Virus record (IMG/VR): IMGVR_UViG_3300017700_000695
Location: 1 to 50,990 of that record
Reading direction: 5' to 3' (one strand)
From: a virus
Lineage: Duplodnaviria > Caudoviricetes
DNA length: 50,990 bases
Shown here: positions 17,968-25,565 of the stretch, piece by piece
Position numbering within the stretch: the first letter of the stretch is position 1
Layout: each line of letters begins with the position of its first letter
The notes under the pieces: model-generated
Told to the model about the DNA's origin: nothing
The model's input: only the letters and a program-made list of their open reading frames with translations
The model's database searches: none
Made by a program: the position numbers and the translations under genes

Positions 17968-19968
17968 ATGGCTAAGGCGAGCCTCGGCAAACTCGACACC
18001 CGCCAGCCGGTGGCTGTGGACCTCGCGAAGGTTCACGACATCACTGCGCGCATGAACACGCCGGCGGCTCCGCCGCAGATGTCGGCCGACTTCATCGCGC
18101 CTATCAACGTCCCCCAGCCCAAGGCCTGGCGCCCGAACGCGCTGGCGGTGCTGGATGGGGTTCTCGGCGGCATGACCTTCACCGAGAGCCGTCGCGCCGA
18201 GGAAGATCGCCACCGCGCCGAACTGGCCATGCCGCAGATGGAGGCCCTGAAGACCCGCCTCCTGACCGAACTCGGCAAGGCCGGGCCTGATGAACTGAAG
18301 GCCTATCTGACCAACCCCGGCGAGTTCGGGAAGAACATCGCCACGCGCTTGGCGGCCTCCGACCTCGCCGCCGGCTCGTCGCGCGTCTACGGAAACCCCG
18401 ACCAGGGCGGCAGCGTCTACACGGCGCCCAAGACCGACACCGCTGCCGGCCAGGCCTTCTCCTATGGCCCGGATGGGGTGAAGGCGCTCGGCGCCGTTCC
18501 GTTCGTGCCTGACTACGTGAACGTGAGCGAGGGCGGGAAGGCGGTTCCGAAGATGCCGATCCTGCCGCCTGGGTTTGGCGGCCCCGCGGCGATGGCCGCC
18601 AGCCTACCGCAGGTTGGCGAGGTGCGGCGCGTGGCGTCCGCCCCCCTTCCGGCGGCTGTGGCGCAGCGGATCCGCTCGACCGCAACCGCGCTCGGCGCTC
18701 CGCCTGAGGCGCTGTCCTATCTGGAGCGCCTGGCGCAGATCGAGAGCGCCGGAGACCCTGCGGCTCGCAACGGCTCCTCGACGGGCGTGTTCCAGTTCCA
18801 ACCGGCCACCTTCGCGACCGTCGGCGGCGGCGACATCAACTCTGTCGAGGATCAGACCAAGGCCGCGCTGCGGCTCGCCGCCCAGGACCGCAAGAAGCTC
18901 GTCGAGCTCGGGATCGAGCCGACCGACGCCAACCTCTACATCATGCACCAGCAAGGCGCTGGCGGCGGCCCTGCGCTGCTGACGGCCCCGCCTGAGGTCA
19001 ACGCCGTCGCGGCCCTGGCTCCGGCCTATGGCGGCGACGCGAACAAGGCCCGCCGCGCCATCGTCGGCAATGGCGGAACCGCCGACATGACGGCCGGCGA
19101 GTTCACCGACATGTGGCGCCGGAAGTGGGGCGGCTCCGCGGCCCCAGCTCCACGCGTCAGCCCGACGGGCGGCGACCCCGCCGGCACGGTCTACGGCAAA
19201 GAGAAGGCCCAGCCCCGCCCGATGACGTCTGAAGAGCGCGTCGCCTGGAAAATCCCCGAGGGCGTCCCCGCGCTCATGAAGGCGGATGGCACGCCCGACG
19301 TCATCTCGTTGCCGGGCGGCAACTCCAGCCCTCGGAAGACCGAGGCGGACTTCCGAAAGTCGTTCGACGCCCTCGGTGAGGTCAAAGAATATCGTGCGAT
19401 CAGCAACGCCTACCGCACGATCCAGCGCCTCTCAAACGAGGACACCCCGGCCGGCGACATCTCCATGCTGTTCTCGTACATGAAGATGTTGGACCCCACG
19501 AGCGTCGTTCGAGAGGGAGAGTTTGCGACCGCCCAAAACGCCACGGGCATTCCTGGCCAGGTCCAAAACGCCTACAACCGCGCCATCAACGGCACTCGTC
19601 TTGCGCCGAAGCAGCGGGAGGATTTCCGCAACCAGGCCCGGAACATCTACCTGACCCGGGCCGACCGTTTCGACGAGATCGCGAACGAATATCGAGGGTA
19701 CGCGACGGCCTATGACGTCGATCCGGACAACGTCGTGAAGTTGCGCGACGACGCCGAGGCCCAAGCGCCAGGCCCATCGCGTCCGGCGGGCTGGAGCAAG
19801 GCCCTTCCGGCGCCGATGCTTGAGACCGCGAAGCAATTCAAGGGGGCCAAATCGGCGGGCGGCTCTCTCGACAATCCCTTCCTTCCGACCACGGAGGCGC
19901 AGTATGCAAAGCTTCCGCCTGGTGCTCACTACGTCTTCACCGACGGCTCGATCCGGGTGAAACGCTGA
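17968..19968 (+). CDS. Ejection protein with a lytic transglycosylase-like domain
   Basis: LAQIESAGDP..RN.SSTGVFQF, LYIMHQQGAGG; C-terminal KMLDP.SVVREGEF domain. Confidence 0.75.
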   Translation: MAKASLGKLDTRQPVAVDLAKVHDITARMNTPAAPPQMSADFIAPINVPQPKAWRPNALAVLDGVLGGMTFTESRRAEEDRHRAELAMPQMEALKTRLLTELGKAGPDELKAYLTNPGEFGKNIATRLAASDLAAGSSRVYGNPDQGGSVYTAPKTDTAAGQAFSYGPDGVKALGAVPFVPDYVNVSEGGKAVPKMPILPPGFGGPAAMAASLPQVGEVRRVASAPLPAAVAQRIRSTATALGAPPEALSYLERLAQIESAGDPAARNGSSTGVFQFQPATFATVGGGDINSVEDQTKAALRLAAQDRKKLVELGIEPTDANLYIMHQQGAGGGPALLTAPPEVNAVAALAPAYGGDANKARRAIVGNGGTADMTAGEFTDMWRRKWGGSAAPAPRVSPTGGDPAGTVYGKEKAQPRPMTSEERVAWKIPEGVPALMKADGTPDVISLPGGNSSPRKTEADFRKSFDALGEVKEYRAISNAYRTIQRLSNEDTPAGDISMLFSYMKMLDPTSVVREGEFATAQNATGIPGQVQNAYNRAINGTRLAPKQREDFRNQARNIYLTRADRFDEIANEYRGYATAYDVDPDNVVKLRDDAEAQAPGPSRPAGWSKALPAPMLETAKQFKGAKSAGGSLDNPFLPTTEAQYAKLPPGAHYVFTDGSIRVKR

Positions 19969-21677
19969 TGGGCTGGGGCACGGATCCCGTCGCGAAAGGC
20001 GGCGGCTGGGGCAAGGACCAGGTTGTCGCACCGAAGGCTGTGAAGGTGTTTCAGCCGGTCACCGACTATATGGATGGCGCGAAGGGCGCATGGAACGGGA
20101 TCCTTGATGCCGTAAAGGATAACTACCGCGACGTCACATCAAGAGCCTCCCAGCCTCTGCCGAGTTTGGCAGAGGCTGTCGGACGTGAGGTGAATGACAT
20201 TTCGTTCTTGCCGAAGCTGGCGGGTCAGATCGTCGATCTCGGTTCTAAGATCACTGTCGGCGGCGCCCTCGACGCGCTCGTCGCCGCGCCGACCGGCCGC
20301 GCGCTGTCTAAGCTGCCGGTGAAACCGGGCGTCGCGCCGCAACTGCAGTTCGACGGCATGAGGCCCAGCCTCAGTCCCGCCCGGGCGATGACCGAAGCCG
20401 AGTCCGCCGAGGCGATCCGCGGCGCCATCAACACTTCGGTCCAGGCGGCCAAGCCCTCCGGCGGCCTCGCCCTTGAGGCCCGCGTGATGGGCCCGCAACT
20501 CCCCAACGTCCCCGTCCTCAAGCCCAAACCCGACCTCGCGACCCTCTCTCCGGCCAAGCGGAACGTCCGTATTCTGGATGAGGCCGGGGTCTTCATGACG
20601 CCGGGCCAGAAGGCGGGCGGCCAACTGAAGAACCTTGAGGACATCGCCCGCCGGGCGCCGATCACTGGCGTGGCGATCAAGGGCGCGGCTGACCGCAGTG
20701 TCGAGAGCCTGAACCGGGCCGTCGCCAACCAGGCCTTGGGCCCCATCGGCGAAGCCTTGCCGAAGACCATCCCGACCGGCCATGACTCCGTTCGCCACGT
20801 CGCCAAGACGCTCGGCAAGGCCTATGACGACGCCGCGGCGATGGTGCCTGAAGCGGCGATCGATGCGCCATTCGACGAGGCTGTCGCGGCGATCGGGACC
20901 CGGCTGGCCGAGCAGCCGTCCGGCGTGCGGACGCAGTTCGACACCATCATCGACAACCGCCTCGCCAACCTGCGCGGAAAGACCGTGACCGGGGCGCAGA
21001 TCCGCGACGCCCAGTCGCAGATCGGCAAGCTGGCGGCCGACTTCAGCGCCAGCGACGACGGCGCCCAGCGCGCCCTCGGCGGGGCCCTGGACGATCTCTC
21101 CGACGAGCTCGCCAACATCATCGGCCGACGCAGCCCTGAAGCCTCGGCGCTGATCGACAAGGCGAACACCGGGTGGTCGATCTATACCCGCCTCCGAAAC
21201 GCCGCCTCCAAGGCGAAGGGCGGCATCGCGACGCCGGGTCAGTTTTCAACCGCCGTCCGGACCCTTGATCGTTCGGTTGGGAAGGGCAATGTCGCGAGGG
21301 GCCAGGCTGTTCTGCAGGACCTCTCGAACGCCGCCTGGGAGGTGCTGCCCGACTCCTACGGTAACCCCGGCACGGCCGACGCCCTGAGCGCCATGGGCCT
21401 AGCCGCTGCGGCGATGAACCCGACGACGGCCGGCGCGGCGGTCCCAGCTGCGGTCGGTCTCACCGGCGCCGCTGTTCCCTACGCGATGATGGGGCGCAAG
21501 ATCGCGGAGCGTCTGCCGCAGAAGGCCGCTCCGACGCCCGAGCAACTGGTGGAGGCTATTTCGGCTTGGAAGGGCCCCGGCGGCCGGATAGCTGGGCCTT
21601 CAGGATCGCAGCTTCCTCAGAAGACCGCAGGGGCCCTGCCAAAGCTTTCGCGAAGGCAGCCACGGGCCAAGCCATAG
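19968..21677 (+). CDS. Large ejection/internal virion protein
   Basis: Coupled to the previous gene; TPGQ..G motif; Ala-rich and helical. Confidence 0.7.
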   Translation: MGWGTDPVAKGGGWGKDQVVAPKAVKVFQPVTDYMDGAKGAWNGILDAVKDNYRDVTSRASQPLPSLAEAVGREVNDISFLPKLAGQIVDLGSKITVGGALDALVAAPTGRALSKLPVKPGVAPQLQFDGMRPSLSPARAMTEAESAEAIRGAINTSVQAAKPSGGLALEARVMGPQLPNVPVLKPKPDLATLSPAKRNVRILDEAGVFMTPGQKAGGQLKNLEDIARRAPITGVAIKGAADRSVESLNRAVANQALGPIGEALPKTIPTGHDSVRHVAKTLGKAYDDAAAMVPEAAIDAPFDEAVAAIGTRLAEQPSGVRTQFDTIIDNRLANLRGKTVTGAQIRDAQSQIGKLAADFSASDDGAQRALGGALDDLSDELANIIGRRSPEASALIDKANTGWSIYTRLRNAASKAKGGIATPGQFSTAVRTLDRSVGKGNVARGQAVLQDLSNAAWEVLPDSYGNPGTADALSAMGLAAAAMNPTTAGAAVPAAVGLTGAAVPYAMMGRKIAERLPQKAAPTPEQLVEAISAWKGPGGRIAGPSGSQLPQKTAGALPKLSRRQPRAKP

Positions 21678-21837
21678 CGGCGGCGAAGACCGCCAAGCCG
21701 GGCTCATCCGGCAACTTGATATCAAGTAAGACCGCAGTTCCGGTGCAGTACAGCCACCACAGGGCCGTCTTCCACGGGAATCGCCAGCCGCGTGCGACCA
21801 CTCGGAACTCAGCGTCAATGATTTCGCGGTCGGCCAT
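21556..21837 (-). CDS. Small two-TM membrane protein (candidate superinfection exclusion)
   Basis: IIDAEFRVV followed by two hydrophobic segments; antisense to the ejection operon. Confidence 0.55.
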   Translation of the reverse strand: MADREIIDAEFRVVARGWRFPWKTALWWLYCTGTAVLLDIKLPDEPGLAVFAAAMAWPVAAFAKALAGPLRSSEEAAILKAQLSGRRGPSKPK

Positions 21838-21879
21838 CGGCGGCGACTATGCCACCAATCGGCGAAACTACAATTCCGG

Positions 21880-22092
21880 TCACGCCTGAGGAGAGCGGAG
21901 GCCCATCGTTACCAAGTAGTCCGCCACCAGTCGGCGCAGGGCCTCAGGGCGCGAAGGGCGTGGATCGGGCTGCTCTGCGATCCAGCGGTCTAGGTCAGCC
22001 AGGAGATCTGGCGGAACACGCACGTTTACGGGCACCGCCTCGACCTTCGGGCGGCCTCTGGTTTTTCTGGCGCTAGGTATTGCGTTTGTCAT
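21880..22092 (-). CDS. Ribbon-helix-helix (Arc/Mnt/CopG-like) regulator
   Basis: RGRP, PVNVRVPPDLLADLDRWI, SRPEALRRLV. Confidence 0.85.
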   Translation of the reverse strand: MTNAIPSARKTRGRPKVEAVPVNVRVPPDLLADLDRWIAEQPDPRPSRPEALRRLVADYLVTMGLRSPQA

Positions 22093-22108
22093 TTTCTGGC
22101 GCTAACAA
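22063..22108 (+). promoter_or_regulatory. Putative promoter with a duplicated operator
   Basis: TTTTCTGGCGCTA at 22063-22075 and 22092-22104, overlapping TTGCGT-N17-TAACAA. Confidence 0.6.
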
Positions 22109-22177
22109 TATCGGACCGGCGGAGAGGGTGCAACCTCTCAACCGGCCCTAACCAGAACCCGACGAGGAGTATTCGTC

Positions 22178-22525
22178 ATGGCCCAGGCTGCCCCAGCCTC
22201 TACCACCCGTCGCGCGCTACTGTCAGTAGGCGCCGCGCTCCCCGCCATCATCGCGACCCCTGTCATCGCCAAGGAGATCGGAAAAGGAGAGGCGTGGCGC
22301 TTGAGAAAGCGCGCATTCATCGAGCAGGTCGCAGGCTTCTCGCCGAATGGCCGGTTCGTCGCGACCCGCGCGATGGCGATGGACCTTGATCCGGACGACT
22401 GCATCATGATCGAGCTGGCCGGGCCGCGTCACCTTCGGCCGCAACTGCACTTCCAGCGCGACGGGGACACGTCCGTAACTGTTGTCGGGCCGCGAATGGC
22501 GATCCTTCATGGGCCGGTGCTCTGA
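22178..22525 (+). CDS. Hypothetical protein, first gene of the RAMP cassette
   Basis: GAGGAG RBS; TRRALL plus hydrophobic N-terminus; stop overlaps the next ATG. Confidence 0.6.
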   Translation: MAQAAPASTTRRALLSVGAALPAIIATPVIAKEIGKGEAWRLRKRAFIEQVAGFSPNGRFVATRAMAMDLDPDDCIMIELAGPRHLRPQLHFQRDGDTSVTVVGPRMAILHGPVL

Positions 22526-23160
22526 TGGCCGCCTCCACCAGCATCGAACTGCCGCCGCTGAATATCCAAACCATCGACATTCCGGTGATTGGAGACAGCC
22601 CGCTCATCTCTCACGCTTGGTCCGCCAAGGCGAAGAAGATGATGCTGGACAAGCACATGAAGAAGGCAGGCGCCGGACGGGTGGCAAAGGACCCGTTCCA
22701 AGACTTTGCGGAGACGTTGTACTGGCTCGATGGGGTGCCCGAGAAGCCCACGGAAGAGGACATCGAGGGCGGTCGTTTCGGCTTCCCAGCTATCGCCTTC
22801 AAAGCCGCTGCTGTCACGGCGGTCACCAGCATGGGCGGCATGACGAAGGTCATGGCTCGGCAGTGTTTCCACATCGTTGGCGAGTTCGTGGAGCTTCAAG
22901 GGCCTCCGCCCTCGATGCGCTTCGACATCACCAAGGTCGGCATGACGACCGACACGAGATTCCGCGCGGAGTTCGAAACCTGGGGAGCCATCCTCCGCGT
23001 CCAGCACAACGCCAACGTCCTCTCGGCAGAACAGGTCATCAGCCTGTTCGAGGCAGGCGGGTTCGGCGTCGGCATCGGTGACTGGAGGCCCGAACGCGAT
23101 GGCGTTCACGGTCGCTTCCACGTGGCTAAAACCGGGGAGACTATCCCGTGCCGGGCGTGA
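22525..23160 (+). CDS. Small RAMP/Cas7-like protein (Vipr-like effector candidate)
   Basis: First strand IDIPVIGDSPLISH; FGFPAIAFKAA resembles the RAMP IPGSSxKG motif; C-terminal Gly-rich loop GFGVGIGDWRP..DG.HGRF.V; lies near a GGY-NN array. Confidence 0.75.
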   Translation: MAASTSIELPPLNIQTIDIPVIGDSPLISHAWSAKAKKMMLDKHMKKAGAGRVAKDPFQDFAETLYWLDGVPEKPTEEDIEGGRFGFPAIAFKAAAVTAVTSMGGMTKVMARQCFHIVGEFVELQGPPPSMRFDITKVGMTTDTRFRAEFETWGAILRVQHNANVLSAEQVISLFEAGGFGVGIGDWRPERDGVHGRFHVAKTGETIPCRA

Positions 23161-23624
23161 ACTACGCATGGCGGCCCGGCTCACGCATCAGCATCGACGC
23201 CGGCAAGGCGGGGAGGGAGTTGGAGCGCATCCGGCTCGGCAACAGCGGCGCCCTAACTCAGGAGGCGGTCCTAGCGCAGGCAAGGTCCGCCAACTCCGCC
23301 CTGCACCCGCACTTTGAGTGGGATGATACTGTCGCGGCGGAGAAACATCGCCTCGGACAAGCCGGTGAGTTGATACGCTCGATCACTATAGACGTGTCTC
23401 GGTCAAATCTAGAAACCAAGCCCATCCGGGCGTTCGTCAACGTCCATGTCGGCGAAAGGCAGCACTACACTTCAACGCTGCATGCTATGTCGGACAGGGA
23501 ACTTCGCGCACAGGTGCTCGCCAAAGCCTGGGCCGATTTGGAGGCGTGGCGGGATCGTCACGCAGAGCTCACCGAGTTTGCGAAGATCTTCTCCGCGATC
23601 GATGAGGCTCGGAGCGCCAAATAG
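23148..23624 (+). CDS. Accessory protein between the RAMP gene and the array
   Basis: Overlapping start; ELERI, G.LT..AVL..AR...S.LHPHFEWDD..AAE..RL.QA..LIRSI. Confidence 0.7.
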   Translation: MPGVNYAWRPGSRISIDAGKAGRELERIRLGNSGALTQEAVLAQARSANSALHPHFEWDDTVAAEKHRLGQAGELIRSITIDVSRSNLETKPIRAFVNVHVGERQHYTSTLHAMSDRELRAQVLAKAWADLEAWRDRHAELTEFAKIFSAIDEARSAK

Positions 23625-23636
23625 GCTCCAAAACAG

Positions 23637-23808
23637 GGCAGGCGTGGCTGCGCAAGGCAGGGCTTGGCACGGTACGGCTGGGCGCGGCAGGCGTGGTAAG
23701 GCGAGGTTTGGTCGGGCGAGGTATGGCTCGGCAAGGCTCGGCTAGGCAGGCAAGGCGAGGCTTGTCGACGCTAGGCGGGGCGAGCCAAGGCTAGTCACCG
23801 CAAGGCCA
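23637..23808 (+). repeat. GGY-NN pentamer array in three GGCA-delimited units (putative guide RNA array)
   Basis: 32 pentamers parsed by hand, 26 starting GGC/GGT; 4-nt GGCA register shifts at 23637, 23686 and 23745. Confidence 0.9.
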
Positions 23809-23814
23809 ATATCG

Positions 23815-23844
23815 GGGCGGTTGGAGCGATCCAGCCGCCCTTCT
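23815..23844 (+). terminator. Hairpin closing the array
   Basis: GGGCGGTTGGA-GCGA-TCCAGCCGCCC (11-bp stem with one G-U, GNRA loop), then TTCT. Confidence 0.7.
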
Positions 23845-23974
23845 GATGCCCACTCCAAGGTCGATGACCTCTCGGCTCTCCATGCCGCCCAACATGCCAC
23901 GGCGCGGCCCTGGCGTGAACCCCGACCATCCGCGCCGTCGAGAAGACGCCGCATTCCCTCGAAGGACCCGCCTC

Positions 23975-24202
23975 ATGGACGCCAGCCAGATCCCGACGAA
24001 CGCCACCATCGTCACACCGCACGACACCAACCCGGCCAACGGCTGCGCGGTGCTCTACGCCGGCGGCGCCTGCACCGTGATCACGGCGACGGGCGCGAGC
24101 GTCACGCTCCCGACCGACTTCGCTGGGGTCGTGATCCCGGTGCAAATTCAGAAGGTCATGGATACGGGAACCGACGCCACGTCCGTGCTGGTGTTCCGTT
24201 AA
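23975..24202 (+). CDS. Head spike base-like protein (resembles the RcGTA Rcc01079 family)
   Basis: VTPHD..., VLYAGG, G..VTL, G.VIPVQIQKVM.TGTDAT pattern; GAAGGA RBS. Confidence 0.65.
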   Translation: MDASQIPTNATIVTPHDTNPANGCAVLYAGGACTVITATGASVTLPTDFAGVVIPVQIQKVMDTGTDATSVLVFR

Positions 24203-25326
24203 TGCTGGCGCTCCGCCTCGGCATCCCCAGTGTCACCTCCCTCAAGGGTGTGGGGTATCCAGGCGCCTACAACGTCACGCCCGCCTGGCGCGCGTCGGTC
24301 AAGACCAACTGGGCCACGCGCGACCTGTTTTTGCTTGGCGACAGTACGTCGCGAGGGTTTGGGGCCGGCGAAGATGTGACCGGTTGGCCGAACTCCGCGC
24401 GCCACTCGCTATCGGCAGTCCTCGCGGACCTGATCGCGGCGCGCAGCTACAACGTGGCGGATGACAGCTTCTTTGGCGGCGGCTCTGCGGCCCCGGCATC
24501 GAACTACCCGGTAACGGATGATCGCTTCGTCTTCGGCTCAGGCTGGGAGGCGTCGGCCTCCCCGGCAGAGACCGTTGGCGGCCCATGGATCATCAACACG
24601 ACCACAACCGATCCCATCGTGGTCACGCCCGAATTGTCCTGGGATCGCGCCTACGTCTACTACCGCCGCACGACAGGGGAAATGACCCTGCAAGTGGACG
24701 CAGGCGGGCTGACGACAGTTGACACGGCGCCCGGCTCGAATGGGCTTGTGCAGATCGCCGGCATGACCCCAACCCTTGGGAGCCATACCCTGACGCTCGC
24801 CCGCACGAGCGGAACGGTCCAGTTGGCCGGGATCGAGTTTTTCGACACGAGCACCGACCGCAAGCAGGTTCTCAACCTTTCGCGGTCGGGCTGGACGGCC
24901 AGCAACGCCACGACTTCGGCGACGCAAGCTGCGGCCCTGCCGACGTTGGGGAAGCTGTTCGACCAGAGAAGTTCGTCGCTGCTAATGCTCAACTTCGGCA
25001 TCAACGACGAAAACGGCGGGATAACGACGGCGTCCTTCAAGACCTCGATGCAGATCCTTATCGACGCTGCGGTGGCAAAGAGCGCCCCGGTCCTGCTGGT
25101 CGGCCACAACGCCACTTCCGCGACGCCGGGGGCGGGCTATATCCAGGCGCATCGGGAGTTGGCTGACACGAACGGCATCCCCTACTTCAACCTCGCCGCG
25201 CTCTACTCGTGGGCGCAGATTGTGGCGAACGGCTGGAATTTCGACGGCTCCTCGCATCTGAACGCCGATGGCTATGCTGCGATGGCTGCGAAGCTCGATG
25301 GCTTCCTGGCCTGGGCGGTCCTCTAG
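24202..25326 (+). CDS. SGNH/GDSL esterase-containing spike/fibre protein
   Basis: LLGDS, SGWT, FGIND and DGSSH blocks; short N-terminal LALRLGI anchor; coupled to the spike base gene. Confidence 0.8.
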   Translation: MLALRLGIPSVTSLKGVGYPGAYNVTPAWRASVKTNWATRDLFLLGDSTSRGFGAGEDVTGWPNSARHSLSAVLADLIAARSYNVADDSFFGGGSAAPASNYPVTDDRFVFGSGWEASASPAETVGGPWIINTTTTDPIVVTPELSWDRAYVYYRRTTGEMTLQVDAGGLTTVDTAPGSNGLVQIAGMTPTLGSHTLTLARTSGTVQLAGIEFFDTSTDRKQVLNLSRSGWTASNATTSATQAAALPTLGKLFDQRSSSLLMLNFGINDENGGITTASFKTSMQILIDAAVAKSAPVLLVGHNATSATPGAGYIQAHRELADTNGIPYFNLAALYSWAQIVANGWNFDGSSHLNADGYAAMAAKLDGFLAWAVL

Positions 25327-25355
25327 ACCCCCACCCTCCAAAGTGAGTCTGACTT

Positions 25356-25565
25356 ATGCGAGCAAAGTTCCTGCCAGAAGAGCTGAAAACCTTGAAGCCT
25401 CACATGGCCCCCTTGGTCGGATATGAGGCCGATTGGGAATGGGCTGGCGAGATGGAGGAGGGCCCTTATACGGGCCAGGCTATCTATTACCTGAGCCGCA
25501 GTGACGCGCGCTATCGGGAGACCAGGGCGTGCTGGGTTCCTGCGGAAGATTTGGTCGCCGGCTAG
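25356..25565 (+). CDS. Hypothetical protein
   Basis: 69-aa ORF; G.Y.GQ and WVPAEDL motifs. Confidence 0.5.
   Translation: MRAKFLPEELKTLKPHMAPLVGYEADWEWAGEMEEGPYTGQAIYYLSRSDARYRETRACWVPAEDLVAG

Noticed and set aside
23446-23745. 99-aa ORF running through the array (AGVAAQGRAWHGTAGRG...)
   Set aside because: It overlaps the real gene out of frame, and its Gly/Arg/Ala pattern is a by-product of the 5-nt periodicity.
23637-23808. Conventional CRISPR array or simple microsatellite
   Set aside because: There are no 23-47-bp repeats with spacers, and the variable positions are too diverse and regularly placed for slippage.
23821-24201. N-terminal extension of the SGNH ORF to 501 aa
   Set aside because: It overlaps the hairpin and the spike-base gene; the coupled ATG at 24202 is the better start.
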